From contig CAYLUP010000002.1 in NCBI GenBank assembly GCA_964386905.1, forward strand, positions 522 through 64,521: DNA of 64,000 nucleotides. The letters are read 5' to 3'. Source of the DNA: an uncultured Candidatus Saccharibacteria bacterium. GTDB taxonomy: Bacteria; Patescibacteriota; Minisyncoccia; Phycocordibacterales; UBA6899. Below, one piece after another: positions 8,599 through 17,739 of this stretch; position 1 is the first letter of the stretch, and each line of letters opens with the position of its first letter. The notes beneath the pieces were generated by a model. That model ran no database searches and was not told the DNA's origin. It worked only from the letters and a program-made list of their open reading frames with translations. A program made the position numbers and the translations under genes.

Positions 8599-9096
8599 AT
8601 GGCACAGGAAATCGAACGGAAGTGGAAGTTGTCTGCTTTGCCGATGCACATTCTTGGTCAGTCGCTCACACCGAATCACATACGACAAGGATATTTGGTG
8701 GTAAGTAACCAAGGTGAGGTCAGGTTTCGTCATGACAAGGATGGCTACACACTCACCTTTAAAGGCGAGGGCTCGATCTCGCGTGAAGAGGAGAATTACA
8801 CGCTCAAAGGTCCCATGGGGTTTGAGCTCTTCTTGACACGCATGGTTGGTGGAGCTATCGAGAAGAATCGATATTCATTGGCGCAAGGTGACATCACCTT
8901 TGAGATCGACGACTATCAAGGGGCGCTCACTGGTCTAGTGATTGTGGAAGTTGAATTTTCTTCCATCGAGCAAGCGAACGATTTCATTCTGCCAGAATGG
9001 CTTCGCGGGGGCACGGAGGTTACTAACGACAAGCGTTTCAAGAACAAATATCTTGCGACACACCTCGACACTGTTCGTGGAGAACTTGGGTTTTAA
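8599..9096 (+). CDS. CYTH-domain (triphosphate tunnel metalloenzyme / CyaB-ThTPase-like) protein
   Basis: MAQEIERKWKL N-terminal ExExK signature of CYTH; about 165 aa, typical size. Confidence 0.65.
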   Translation: MAQEIERKWKLSALPMHILGQSLTPNHIRQGYLVVSNQGEVRFRHDKDGYTLTFKGEGSISREEENYTLKGPMGFELFLTRMVGGAIEKNRYSLAQGDITFEIDDYQGALTGLVIVEVEFSSIEQANDFILPEWLRGGTEVTNDKRFKNKYLATHLDTVRGELGF

Positions 9097-9565
9097 TTTC
9101 AACAATACTCTGACCGCTACTTCGTGAGATGAAAGCCAACGTTCCGTCTTTCAATGGAGTGGCGGCTTTTTCATATATTCAAGTTTCCACTGTACCTCTT
9201 TTCAGAAATCTTAGAATCTATCTTTTATCAATTCAGCACATACTTGACTCCAGTTTACGGTTTTGTGGTCGTCCGCTCATGGAGGAGGGGAATTGGGTCA
9301 GGTTTTTATCATTTCTTGTACTAAAGTCTGGTGCATGGCATCAAGGCCTTGCATTAAATTCATATCGAGCGCTTTTGAGGGTGTCGTCTATGTGTAACAT
9401 TTGTGTTCCTTGCAAATCCTGGTAGATCAAAAAACATGAGAACACGAGTTGTGTGATGTAATGGGATCTGACCCCATTATTTTAGATATGTTGCGACAGT
9501 GGAGGTAGCATGTCGCCAGCCTGTACTGTAGTTGTAGGCCGAGAAATTTCTGCCGCTGGATGTTT

Positions 9566-9898
9566 CTATTTCTCTAACATATCATGCAAGAATTCAACAA
9601 CTCCTTGCCGCGCATACCATATATAGTACGGGAGAAAGTCAGGCAATTCTTCTTCTGTGCCATCATGATATCGTTGCACGCGATCGGAGTATGAAACAAT
9701 CGCATTCGGGAAAAGTTTTTCTGTATATGGCCTGAGTGCTTTCGCATCAAGATTCATGTTTTTCACTGTTTCTAGAGTAGCATATGATGCGGCTATTTCA
9801 TCGAGGTGAGGGGAGAGATACGAAAGGAGTTCTTCTGGCTCGCCGTGAAGAGCTTTTGCGACAAGAAGCAATTCTTTTTGAGTCTTTTCGTTTTGCAT
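9566..9898 (-). CDS. Hypothetical protein (possible C-terminal half of a split gene)
   Basis: 111 aa from MQNEKTQ; the upstream part of the 197-aa track ORF is K/R-rich out-of-frame readthrough over the neighbouring ORF. Confidence 0.35.
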   Translation of the reverse strand: MQNEKTQKELLLVAKALHGEPEELLSYLSPHLDEIAASYATLETVKNMNLDAKALRPYTEKLFPNAIVSYSDRVQRYHDGTEEELPDFLPYYIWYARQGVVEFLHDMLEK

Positions 9899-9947
9899 AA
9901 TTTTGAGTGGGAATAAAAGAGCGCCGTAGGGCGCCAGAAATACACGT

Positions 9948-10208
9948 TTAGCGTTTTTTTGGTGTCGGAAGATCCTTCGCCCAGTCTGGCGGAGTACTGG
10001 GAATCGGATCTTTTCCAGTGACGATTGTTTCGACCTTATGGTCCATTGCAGCAGATTTCTCAGCCGGGTTTTGCGGAATCGCGCTCCCCGTGAGAACTTC
10101 TGCATTCTGGTGGTCACTGTTCTTCTTGTTGGAAGACATTGCTTCCTCCTTTCTTTCAACTGTATTCAGACTATCACTATCGGTAATCAAGTCAAGGATT
10201 GAGTACAC
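9948..10208 (-). CDS. Hypothetical acidic protein (possible N-terminal half of a split gene)
   Basis: 86 aa, diverse composition; ends 50 nt before the 9566-9898 ORF in another frame. Confidence 0.3.
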   Translation of the reverse strand: MYSILDLITDSDSLNTVERKEEAMSSNKKNSDHQNAEVLTGSAIPQNPAEKSAAMDHKVETIVTGKDPIPSTPPDWAKDLPTPKKR

Positions 10209-10211
10209 CGG

Positions 10212-10372
10212 GAGCTGAAGGGGGCAGGCACAGTCAAAGTCCCCTTAAGTCCCTCTCAGCCCTGGAAAGCACTGTTCGGCTTCCAGGAGGGCAGATCGGT
10301 GTTCCAAAAACCAAGAAATTTGATTAGAACACGAATTGCAGGGTGATGGTGGTGCCTGTCCCCTCCAGTTTC
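10212..10372 (+). mobile_element. MITE-like internal-deletion derivative of the IS200-like element
   Basis: 10262-10345 is about 95 % identical to the last about 65 nt of tnpA plus its 3' flank (4245-4330); flanked by diverged copies of the IS inverted repeats (gagctgaagggggcaggcac at 10212; ggtgcctgtcccctccagtttc at 10351); no ORF. Confidence 0.6.
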
Positions 10373-10543
10373 GTATTTACGTTTTCGTATGCCTTTGTGT
10401 GGGGGTGGCCTAAGCCATCATACAAGAAACGCTCTCATTATTTTGCACGCGCAATGCAGCTTGATAAGGAGGGAAGAGGCACACTGGTGTCATGAATAAC
10501 ATGAGGTCTCACCTCATTTTTTTGTTCGTGGTATACTCTCTGT

Positions 10544-11434
10544 GTGAAACGAGAAACTACCGTTGTCTTGAGTGCGTTCGTTGTGATCTGCCTTTCTGTT
10601 GCAGCGTTTGCGCTCCTTAAAAGTATTCCGGCTCCTCTTCCTGAAGTACAGGTCACTCCTTCTCCCTATGATGGCGTCTATGTGATTGAAGGGGTTTCAA
10701 TTCCACTCCAGAACAAAGTCTATCATCACAGTGCAGGTACCCCAGTGGTTATTACACGATACTTTGGAAACGAGAAGGAATATGATGTCAATAAAGATGG
10801 CATATTGGATAAGATCTTTCTATTGGTTCAGGAGCGTAATGATAATAAGAGTGAATATTTTGTGACAGGGATTGTGTCTTCTGCGACCGGAACACAAACA
10901 GTCCCTGCAATACCTCTTGGTGTAAGTATTGCTCCCCAGACTATCGGTATCGAGGAGCATGGCGTCATTGCGGTAAATTATGCGGTGACAGGGGAAAGCC
11001 TTCGTGAGACTATTGGGGAAACATTGCGTTTGAAATATGATGCCCGGGAAAATATGTTTAGTCTTGTCGCACCGTACGTTGAAGAAGATACATCTACTGA
11101 GAGTATGTCACTTCAAATGAAAACGTGGGGGTGGAAGAGCACCGTTGTCGGAGGTGAGACACATATTCCGCAGAAACCTGGGGTCTTTGCGCTTACCTTT
11201 GTATCAGATCGCACTTTTAGCCTCCGCACAGATTGTAATGGTGGGGGAGGTGAATACACTGTTGAACGCCAGAAGATCACGTTTTCTCACATGATCTCAA
11301 CCCTCATGTATTGCGAAGGATCACAGGAGCAGGCTTTTCGAGATATGCTTGCGCGAGTCTCTTCGTTCTCCTTTTCTTTAAAGGGCGAGCTCGTGCTTCA
11401 CACCTCTCAACAAGAGGAGATGATTTTTCAATAA
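10544..11434 (+). CDS. Secreted/membrane-anchored META (HslJ-like, DUF306) domain protein
   Basis: N-terminal TM; C-terminal DCNGGGGEYTVERQKITFSHMISTLMYCEGSQEQAFRDMLARV...LKGELVLH matches the META/HslJ pattern; GTG start lies immediately after a tggtatact -10-like box (possibly leaderless). Confidence 0.55.
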   Translation: MKRETTVVLSAFVVICLSVAAFALLKSIPAPLPEVQVTPSPYDGVYVIEGVSIPLQNKVYHHSAGTPVVITRYFGNEKEYDVNKDGILDKIFLLVQERNDNKSEYFVTGIVSSATGTQTVPAIPLGVSIAPQTIGIEEHGVIAVNYAVTGESLRETIGETLRLKYDARENMFSLVAPYVEEDTSTESMSLQMKTWGWKSTVVGGETHIPQKPGVFALTFVSDRTFSLRTDCNGGGGEYTVERQKITFSHMISTLMYCEGSQEQAFRDMLARVSSFSFSLKGELVLHTSQQEEMIFQ

Positions 11435-11454
11435 ACGCCAGTGGGCGTTTTTTG
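11434..11454 (+). terminator. Rho-independent terminator
   Basis: aaacgccagtgggcgtttttt. Confidence 0.6.
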
Positions 11455-11553
11455 TACAGATCATTCATGTGATGGTATATGGTACTCGTGCAATCGTGAT
11501 TGCATAGACAGGTTGAATTTTTCTGCTATCTTTCTACAAGAATAGGAGAGTAT

Positions 11554-11772
11554 ATGATTTCGGCAGAGCCAACGTTAACGCTGCTCGGTACAATGACTCC
11601 GCGCGCCAGTCGAGGGTTTTTCCTTGCCGTTGTGGAAATCCGAGGTTCGTATTTTCGCATAAACGAAGAATTGTCATCCTTGTCGGATGCATGGAATTTT
11701 GGTGCCTTCGTGCGAACGCAAGGGAGATTTGCTGTGTACGATGAGTATGGCAGGAACCGTGTTCGGGCATGA
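11554..11772 (+). CDS. Small hypothetical protein
   Basis: 72 aa from MISAEPTL; followed by a hairpin terminator. Confidence 0.3.
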   Translation: MISAEPTLTLLGTMTPRASRGFFLAVVEIRGSYFRINEELSSLSDAWNFGAFVRTQGRFAVYDEYGRNRVRA

Positions 11773-11786
11773 CCAGACTACTTCAA

Positions 11787-11840
11787 CCCCACACCTGTGG
11801 GGTTTTACGTATAAAAACCCGCGCATGTGCGCGGGTTGTT
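11787..11840. terminator. Two convergent-gene terminators (ccccacacctgtgggg+T4 for the + gene; acccgcgcatgtgcgcgggt with T-run on the - strand for the decarboxylase)
   Basis: Perfect palindromes with flanking T/A runs between convergent genes. Confidence 0.65.
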
Positions 11841-11841
11841 C

Positions 11842-13092
11842 TTAAATCAGGATAAGCTGGAGTGGAGGGAATCCATTGAATCCCACCGATGAGTAGCTCA
11901 TCGTGTATGCACCCGTTCCAAAGAAGAGAACCGGGTCATCTTCTTTCAAGCCAGGGGGCACACTGTAGAGGTGCTTCTGATACAGGATGTCTGCGGAGTC
12001 GCAGGTATGTCCTGCAATAATGGCTTCCAGGAGATGTTCTGGGTCCACATCGTGTCCAGGGAAGTAGAGGGGATATTTAATCGACTCTCCTTCAGTTTCT
12101 GCGAGACCGTGGAAACGACCAGTGTTCAGGAAGAGCCACCACTCATTACCATCAATACGCTTTTGCGAAAAGAGAACAACTTTCGCTGCGACAATCCCTG
12201 CATCTGCAGTGAGAGATCGTCCTGGTTCGACGATGATGTCGAGATCTTGCATGTCTCCAAAATGTTTTTGGATATATCCCATGACAGCATTTCCGTAGTA
12301 TGCAGTCGATTGCGTTGGGCGCAGATACTGTGCAGGAAAACCGCCTCCAACATTCACACACTTCAGTTCAATGTCTTGTTTTTTGAGTGCGTCGAAGAGT
12401 GCGCGTACGAGGGTGAGCGCGATGTCCCACTGGCCAATAAAGCGCTGTTGGCTTCCGACATGGAATGATACTCCGTACGGAATGAGACCGTGATCTCGTG
12501 CAAGAACGGCAAGATGTTCCACCATGTCGAGGTGCGCACCAAACTTACGGGAAAGAGGCCAGTCGGCACCCTCTCCGTCGAGAATGATGCGAAAGTTTAC
12601 TCGAGATCCTGGTGCATGCATTGCAAGCTTGCGCACGTCGGCAATTGCATCGGTTGTAAAGAGCCGGATGTCATTTGCATATGCAAAGGCGATATCTTCT
12701 GAATGCTTGATCGTGTTTCCATAACTCATTTTTGAGCCGGGGATTCCGAGGCGAAGTGCTTGTTCGATTTCTGGACGCGAAGCAACATCGAGATTTCCGC
12801 CGCGGGAGACGACGAGGCCAAGTACCGCATCAACGGGACAGGCTTTCATTGCAAAAAAGATGCGCGCGTTCGGCATTGAGCGCTCAAGCTCAGTGTATGC
12901 CTCGTCAATTTTCGAAAGGTTCAGGACGAGATGTGCGTCCTTGAGGTCTTTAGTCATCTCCAGAATGCGCACGATATCGTGACCTTTTGCGAGTTCCGCG
13001 GCACGAGTGTAGTTTTCCACAATAACTCCTATAGTGAGAAGGAACGGTTTTTGGCTGCTGCAAACAATAACACGAAAATGTCGATTAGGCAA
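11842..13092 (-). CDS. Fold-type III PLP-dependent decarboxylase (Orn/DAP/Arg decarboxylase family)
   Basis: FFAMKACP (PLP-Lys region), CVNVGGGF, EPGRSL, GHTCDSAD motifs; the start may be the internal Met at 12957 (MTKDLK) rather than 13092. Confidence 0.75.
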   Translation of the reverse strand: MPNRHFRVIVCSSQKPFLLTIGVIVENYTRAAELAKGHDIVRILEMTKDLKDAHLVLNLSKIDEAYTELERSMPNARIFFAMKACPVDAVLGLVVSRGGNLDVASRPEIEQALRLGIPGSKMSYGNTIKHSEDIAFAYANDIRLFTTDAIADVRKLAMHAPGSRVNFRIILDGEGADWPLSRKFGAHLDMVEHLAVLARDHGLIPYGVSFHVGSQQRFIGQWDIALTLVRALFDALKKQDIELKCVNVGGGFPAQYLRPTQSTAYYGNAVMGYIQKHFGDMQDLDIIVEPGRSLTADAGIVAAKVVLFSQKRIDGNEWWLFLNTGRFHGLAETEGESIKYPLYFPGHDVDPEHLLEAIIAGHTCDSADILYQKHLYSVPPGLKEDDPVLFFGTGAYTMSYSSVGFNGFPPLQLILI

Positions 13093-13243
13093 TACTCTTC
13101 TTGCGATATGTAGTGAGAGGTGTATGCTGTTATATATGTTTCAAGACTACATACATTATTTTCGAGACAACCCGAAAGGGTATTGGTTTAAGGCAAAGTT
13201 ATACGGGTGGGGATGAACACCGGTAAAGTGGCAAGGATGTGCT

Positions 13244-13441
13244 GTGATTCTTGCATACCTTGCTATACTGTTCTTCTTATCTCAAGGCATTACTCCTGAC
13301 CAGTCATTTCAAGATCTCTTGGTCCCATTCTTTATCCCGTTTATTGCCGCAACAGGGTTGCTTATTACGGTATGTGCAATTAAAGGCGAGAAACCGCGCT
13401 GGCAATGGGGGCCACCAAGGCAAAAAGACGACAATGTATAG
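13244..13441 (+). CDS. Small hydrophobic hypothetical protein
   Basis: 65 aa, two predicted TM helices; weak. Confidence 0.2.
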   Translation: MILAYLAILFFLSQGITPDQSFQDLLVPFFIPFIAATGLLITVCAIKGEKPRWQWGPPRQKDDNV

Positions 13442-13508
13442 TCGTCTTTTTTGTCACACGATGTTTTGTGTTTTGTTATACTATATATTATTCATTCTTT
13501 ACATACAT

Positions 13509-14288
13509 ATGGTAAAAAAATTTATTCCACTTTTTCTTTTCGGTTGTCTATTTATCGCTCCGCTTTCTCTGTCGGCTGAGTCAGTAAAACAGCCAAATCT
13601 GTATCTGTATACAGAAGCACAGCTTATCGAGTTGATTGCGAAGCTCCAGAAGCAGCTTGCAGAAATTCGCGCAAATACATCGCAGTGTATCCTTGCTGAA
13701 GTTGATTTGTCTGTTGGGGACGGTGAAGACGCAAAGACGCGAGAATATGTAAAAGCAGTACAATCATTTCTAAGGGAGAAGGGATACCTGGGTGTTGAGC
13801 CGACTGGATATTTCGGAAAGCTTACACGACAGGCCGTTGTTGCATTTCAGGCGGCACAAGGACTTCCTCAGACAGGTGAAGTGTCCTCTGCAATGCGCAC
13901 AAAAGTAAAAGAATTTCAATGTATCAAAAAGTACATTAAGCAGGAAGTGAAAGACAAGAAAGAAGAGTGGAAAGAGGAGAAGAGGGAGAATCCCGTAGAA
14001 GAAAAAAGCGGAGTGAGTTCTATCTCGCTCACAGTGAGTGGAAAGAATGTGTTCTGGAGTACTGTTGGATACTCAAAGAGCGGATATAAGATTGTGTGGT
14101 CAAAAAATACTGCACCAACATACCCAACGAGAGAGGGTGATGCATATATTTATTTATCAAACCCAAGCGCAAAAGAGGCAGCAATCCATGCGTTTGCTGG
14201 TCCTGGTGTGTATTCAGTCCGTGTGTGTGAGTACCTCGGAGGAAAGTGCGGAATCTATTCTAATGAAGGTCGCGTCACGATGGATTAG
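13509..14288 (+). CDS. Secreted protein with putative peptidoglycan-binding domain (PG_binding_1-like)
   Basis: Signal peptide MVKKFIPLFLFGCLFIAPLSLSA; motif VKAVQSFLREKGYLGVEPTGYFGKLTRQAVVAFQAAQGLPQTGEV typical of PGB domains. Confidence 0.6.
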   Translation: MVKKFIPLFLFGCLFIAPLSLSAESVKQPNLYLYTEAQLIELIAKLQKQLAEIRANTSQCILAEVDLSVGDGEDAKTREYVKAVQSFLREKGYLGVEPTGYFGKLTRQAVVAFQAAQGLPQTGEVSSAMRTKVKEFQCIKKYIKQEVKDKKEEWKEEKRENPVEEKSGVSSISLTVSGKNVFWSTVGYSKSGYKIVWSKNTAPTYPTREGDAYIYLSNPSAKEAAIHAFAGPGVYSVRVCEYLGGKCGIYSNEGRVTMD

Positions 14289-14290
14289 AA

Positions 14291-14322
14291 AAACACTGCA
14301 GGTGCAGTGTTTTCTTTTACCA
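14291..14322. terminator. Bidirectional hairpin terminator
   Basis: aaacactgcaggtgcagtgtttt with tctttt, between convergent genes. Confidence 0.55.
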
Positions 14323-14709
14323 GAAAAGTTGTCTTCGCATGTTTTGAAAGAGTCGATCTTGCTCTTCCCAGTATGCACGAAGTGTCTCTTGCCGTTTTTT
14401 CCAAGCTTCTTCAGTTGCACGAACTTCCTCTTCAGTAATGGGGGTAGCCTGTGTTTCTGTTTGCCATACTCCATCCTTGAATACACTACGAATTTCGCTC
14501 CGTGTTCCATAGGGCGAAGTGACGATAGGCTGAGATGTTGAGGAGGTTGTAAACGCATGTTCTTTCAGTGTATGAAGTTGAGATTCTAGCCGATGGAGCT
14601 GATATAACGTAAATCCTTGTGCAACAAGTGAGAGTAGAGCGAGGCATGCGATGGTCAAAAGAAGTATGACCCTCTTTCGAAGAAAAAGATATTCAAAAAA
14701 TGATTTCAT
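14317..14709 (-). CDS. Membrane-anchored hypothetical protein
   Basis: 130 aa, N-terminal TM then charged coiled-coil-like region. Confidence 0.4.
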   Translation of the reverse strand: MKSFFEYLFLRKRVILLLTIACLALLSLVAQGFTLYQLHRLESQLHTLKEHAFTTSSTSQPIVTSPYGTRSEIRSVFKDGVWQTETQATPITEEEVRATEEAWKKRQETLRAYWEEQDRLFQNMRRQLFW

Positions 14710-14712
14710 ATG

Positions 14713-15150
14713 TTATTGGATAGGGATTTCTCGCCGAGTCGAGAGTCCCGTTTTTGTTTTTGGAATGCGAATAATGAGCTCGCCATTTTCATATGACGCA
14801 CGAATATTCTCACGATCTATATTATCTGGAAGAGAAAACGATCGTGAAAACGCACTATAGTTATATTCACATCGAGAGTATTTCTTTTTCTCACGGTGTA
14901 GCTCCTCTTGGGTTCGTTCTGCAGAAATTGTGAGGGTGTCATCGTGAATGTGAATTGTACATTGTTCTTTTTGTATTCCAGGTACGGCGAGCGAAACCTC
15001 ATAATACCCCTCTTCTTCTTTGATGTTGGTCGCGGGTAGGTTGTACCCGTGAAATAGATGCTTTTGGAAGTCCCCACCAAAGAATTCGTCTAATAATGAA
15101 GGAAAACGGGGGGATGAATCCTGTGTGTTATTCCATGTTATTAAACTCAT
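14713..15150 (-). CDS. Hsp20/alpha-crystallin family small heat-shock protein
   Basis: 146 aa from MSLITW; alpha-crystallin domain (GYYEVSLAVPG...LTISAER...AFSRSFSLP...ENGELIIRIPK); the N-terminal extension of the track ORF is probably not coding. Confidence 0.75.
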   Translation of the reverse strand: MSLITWNNTQDSSPRFPSLLDEFFGGDFQKHLFHGYNLPATNIKEEEGYYEVSLAVPGIQKEQCTIHIHDDTLTISAERTQEELHREKKKYSRCEYNYSAFSRSFSLPDNIDRENIRASYENGELIIRIPKTKTGLSTRREIPIQ

Positions 15151-15270
15151 ATTGTGTGTACGTAAAAACGTATAATATGCAACATCCTGTTGCGACTTTA
15201 TTGTAAAAAGAGCGGTATTGTTCGTCAAGATCCTTGCGAACAGAGGTTCTTTTGTGTAGAGTCGGTAGAG

Positions 15271-15750
15271 ATGGTTGGAGGCAGTATGCCCTTTACTCTT
15301 GCAACAGCAATTGGCATTGCCGCGATGGCACACAAAGATCGGAAAGATAAAACACAAAAGCCATATATTTTTCATCCCCTCACGGTCATGATGCACCCAT
15401 CGCTCCAATCACAAGAGGAGCATATGGCAGCAGTTCTCCATGACGTGCTGGAGGACACAAAAATTACTGTCGGTTTTTTGCGTTCATCTGGGTGTCCTGA
15501 GGTTGTTCTTCAGTGGCTTGATTTTTTGACAAAGAGAAAGGAGGAGGAGCACGACTACGAGGCATACATCGACCGTATTGCCCGTGCTCCTTCGCCAGTA
15601 ATACGAGTGAAGCTTGCTGATCTGTGTCACAATAAGGATCTTTCTCGTTTTGTTTCCCCGACCGAGAGAGATATCGTTCGGACAGAGAAATATGAGCGTG
15701 CGCACGCTCGACTCCGTCATGTTTTAGAATCGCGAGAGTTTTGCGAATAA
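15271..15750 (+). CDS. HD-domain phosphohydrolase ((p)ppGpp hydrolase-like)
   Basis: HPL...HDVLEDT HD motif; small SpoT/RelA-HD-like single-domain protein. Confidence 0.6.
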   Translation: MVGGSMPFTLATAIGIAAMAHKDRKDKTQKPYIFHPLTVMMHPSLQSQEEHMAAVLHDVLEDTKITVGFLRSSGCPEVVLQWLDFLTKRKEEEHDYEAYIDRIARAPSPVIRVKLADLCHNKDLSRFVSPTERDIVRTEKYERAHARLRHVLESREFCE

Positions 15751-15753
15751 AGT

Positions 15754-15777
15754 CAGCCAGCATTTTGCTGGCTTTTT
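15754..15777 (+). terminator. Rho-independent terminator
   Basis: agccagcattttgctggct followed by ttttg. Confidence 0.55.
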
Positions 15778-15827
15778 GTTGCTTTATTGTATCGTTCGTG
15801 TACTCTTGGAAAAGACATGGAGGTAGT

Positions 15828-16619
15828 ATGACTACACTCAGTTCTCGAACACCATACATCGGTGTTACAGATGTCCCTTCTTTTAGTCGTGCGAGTGACT
15901 TGTATCATCACTTCCTTGGCTCCTTGCGATCTGGTGTGCATAGGTCTTTTCACGTGGGAGTGATGACGAGTAGAAAAATATTGCTTGGAGAACCAACAAG
16001 GTGGGCAGCAGTATACCCACAAAAAGAGATTCTTGCAGGAATTCTTTCTCACCCACTGACGTATAATTGCGTGCATTATGCAGATTACGACGATCTGGGC
16101 GTAGATGAACATCTTGATGCGACATTAAGTTGTGTCGCAGATTATGCTGGGGCGCGGCTCGATGCAATTCAACTAGACATGATTTGGCCTAATCCTCATC
16201 TGCTTGCACGATTCAAGGGTGTGAGAGAGTGTGAGCTGATTTTGCAGATTGGAAGGAAAGCACTCGATATTGTTGGCGACAATGCAACACAACTCTGTGC
16301 GCGGTTGCGTTCATATGAAGGCATCGTAGAGCGCCTGTTGCTCGATATGAGTGGAGGGGAGGGGCGAGAAATGCAATCTGAGCGCCTTCTTCCTTACTTA
16401 CGATTAATACGGGATCAACTCCCAGATTTTTCTCTCGGAGTTGCTGGTGGGCTTGGTCCATATTCGTTGCATCTTTTGGAGCCAATTCTTCCCGAATTTC
16501 CAAATATTAGCATTGACGCACAGGGGCAATTGCGAAATTCAGGAAATGCAATGGACCCCATTGACTGGTGGCGCGCTGAAAAATATCTTACCGAAGCGCT
16601 ACGTATTTTGGATCAATAA
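15828..16619 (+). CDS. Hypothetical protein
   Basis: 263 aa from MTTLSS with SD ggaggtag; hairpin terminator (aacccgcgttgcgggtt+T) at 16623-16650. Confidence 0.45.
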   Translation: MTTLSSRTPYIGVTDVPSFSRASDLYHHFLGSLRSGVHRSFHVGVMTSRKILLGEPTRWAAVYPQKEILAGILSHPLTYNCVHYADYDDLGVDEHLDATLSCVADYAGARLDAIQLDMIWPNPHLLARFKGVRECELILQIGRKALDIVGDNATQLCARLRSYEGIVERLLLDMSGGEGREMQSERLLPYLRLIRDQLPDFSLGVAGGLGPYSLHLLEPILPEFPNISIDAQGQLRNSGNAMDPIDWWRAEKYLTEALRILDQ

Positions 16620-16770
16620 ACGAAACCCGCGTTGCGGGTTTTTGTTTTGTTGACATAATAAAATTTTAGTGTTGAAATATTTCTCTTTCATCACACTTTG
16701 GATTTCAGGCGTAATATATATCATAGAACAGGCATGATTATTGCCTCGTCTACTATAATTATCGCATATT

Positions 16771-17655
16771 ATGAAAAAGACATATTTTATTATTCCTGTG
16801 CTTTGTGCGCTTTTGCTTCAATCGACAGCTGCTTTTGCTGAAAGCCGAAAGGATGTTGGGCGACCAGAAGATAAAGTTCGTCCAGCTGTAACGCGTGAGG
16901 AAGAAAAACGACCAACCCCAATGCCTCTTGGTGATAAGGATTGGAAAAGAAACGATGCTGTAAAAGGGAAGGCATTTGTGGGAATTGTGAATACGGTGGG
17001 CACGACGAGTTTTACCATGAAGCTTACCGCACGTTATGAGGGTGCATCAACAGGAACAGTGTTTACTGTTGATACAACAAATGCGAAGTTCTTACAGTCT
17101 GGAATCGTGGAATCTGGAACTTCGACTGCAACAACAACAGGGAGCTCAACTCCAGCAACAATCTCACAGCTTGTTTCGGGTGCACGCGTGCTTGTGAATG
17201 GAACGATCGAAGGAACAACAATTACTGCAAAGAATGTGCACATTGGTATTCCCGCACGTGCAGAAAAACGCGTTGAAGATCGCAAGGAAAAACGCCCAGA
17301 AGTGCGTCCAATTGATTTAATTCAGCAGGGAGATGGGCAGCCAGTCATTGTCGGAATAGTAGGAACTACCACTGGCTCATCGACAACGTTCGTGCTTACA
17401 AACAAGAATAATGTTGCATACACAATTGATGCCGCAAATGCGAAGGTGTATCTCAAGGCCGCAACAGGTACAGTTGCTGACATAAAAACCGGAGATCGTG
17501 TTGTTGTACAGGGTACAGTGACCGGAACATCGATCGTTGCAACGACAGTGATTGATCATGGGCAAGTTGCTCTCAAGCGTATTGATGATAAGACGGGTCT
17601 TGTAAAACCAACAATCGCAGAGAAGGTGAAGGGTTTCTTCAAGAAATTCTTCTAA
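16771..17655 (+). CDS. Secreted protein with two tandem about 90-aa internal repeat domains
   Basis: Signal peptide; repeats FVGIVNTVGTTSFTMKL...ARVLVNGTIEGTTITAKNV and VIVGIVGTTTGSSTTFVLT...DRVVVQGTVTGTSIVATTV. Confidence 0.5.
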   Translation: MKKTYFIIPVLCALLLQSTAAFAESRKDVGRPEDKVRPAVTREEEKRPTPMPLGDKDWKRNDAVKGKAFVGIVNTVGTTSFTMKLTARYEGASTGTVFTVDTTNAKFLQSGIVESGTSTATTTGSSTPATISQLVSGARVLVNGTIEGTTITAKNVHIGIPARAEKRVEDRKEKRPEVRPIDLIQQGDGQPVIVGIVGTTTGSSTTFVLTNKNNVAYTIDAANAKVYLKAATGTVADIKTGDRVVVQGTVTGTSIVATTVIDHGQVALKRIDDKTGLVKPTIAEKVKGFFKKFF

Positions 17656-17662
17656 TAGAAAA

Positions 17663-17692
17663 ACACACAACAATACTGTTGTGTGTTTTTTG
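17663..17692 (+). terminator. Rho-independent terminator
   Basis: acacacaacaatactgttgtgtgt followed by tttttt. Confidence 0.6.
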
Positions 17693-17739
17693 TGTATTGT
17701 TTTCTGTTCTTTAGAGATAAAACTTGTTACAATGAAGAC

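Noticed and set aside
9129-9425. 98-aa ORF in the CYTH-downstream spacer
   Set aside because: No RBS or terminator and hydrophobic or odd composition; left unannotated (the 9100-9560 region may instead hold regulatory sequence).
13251-13508. N-terminal 86-aa extension of the peptidoglycan-binding protein ORF
   Set aside because: The extension overlaps the small membrane ORF in another frame and lacks a signal peptide; the internal Met at 13509 gives a canonical signal peptide.
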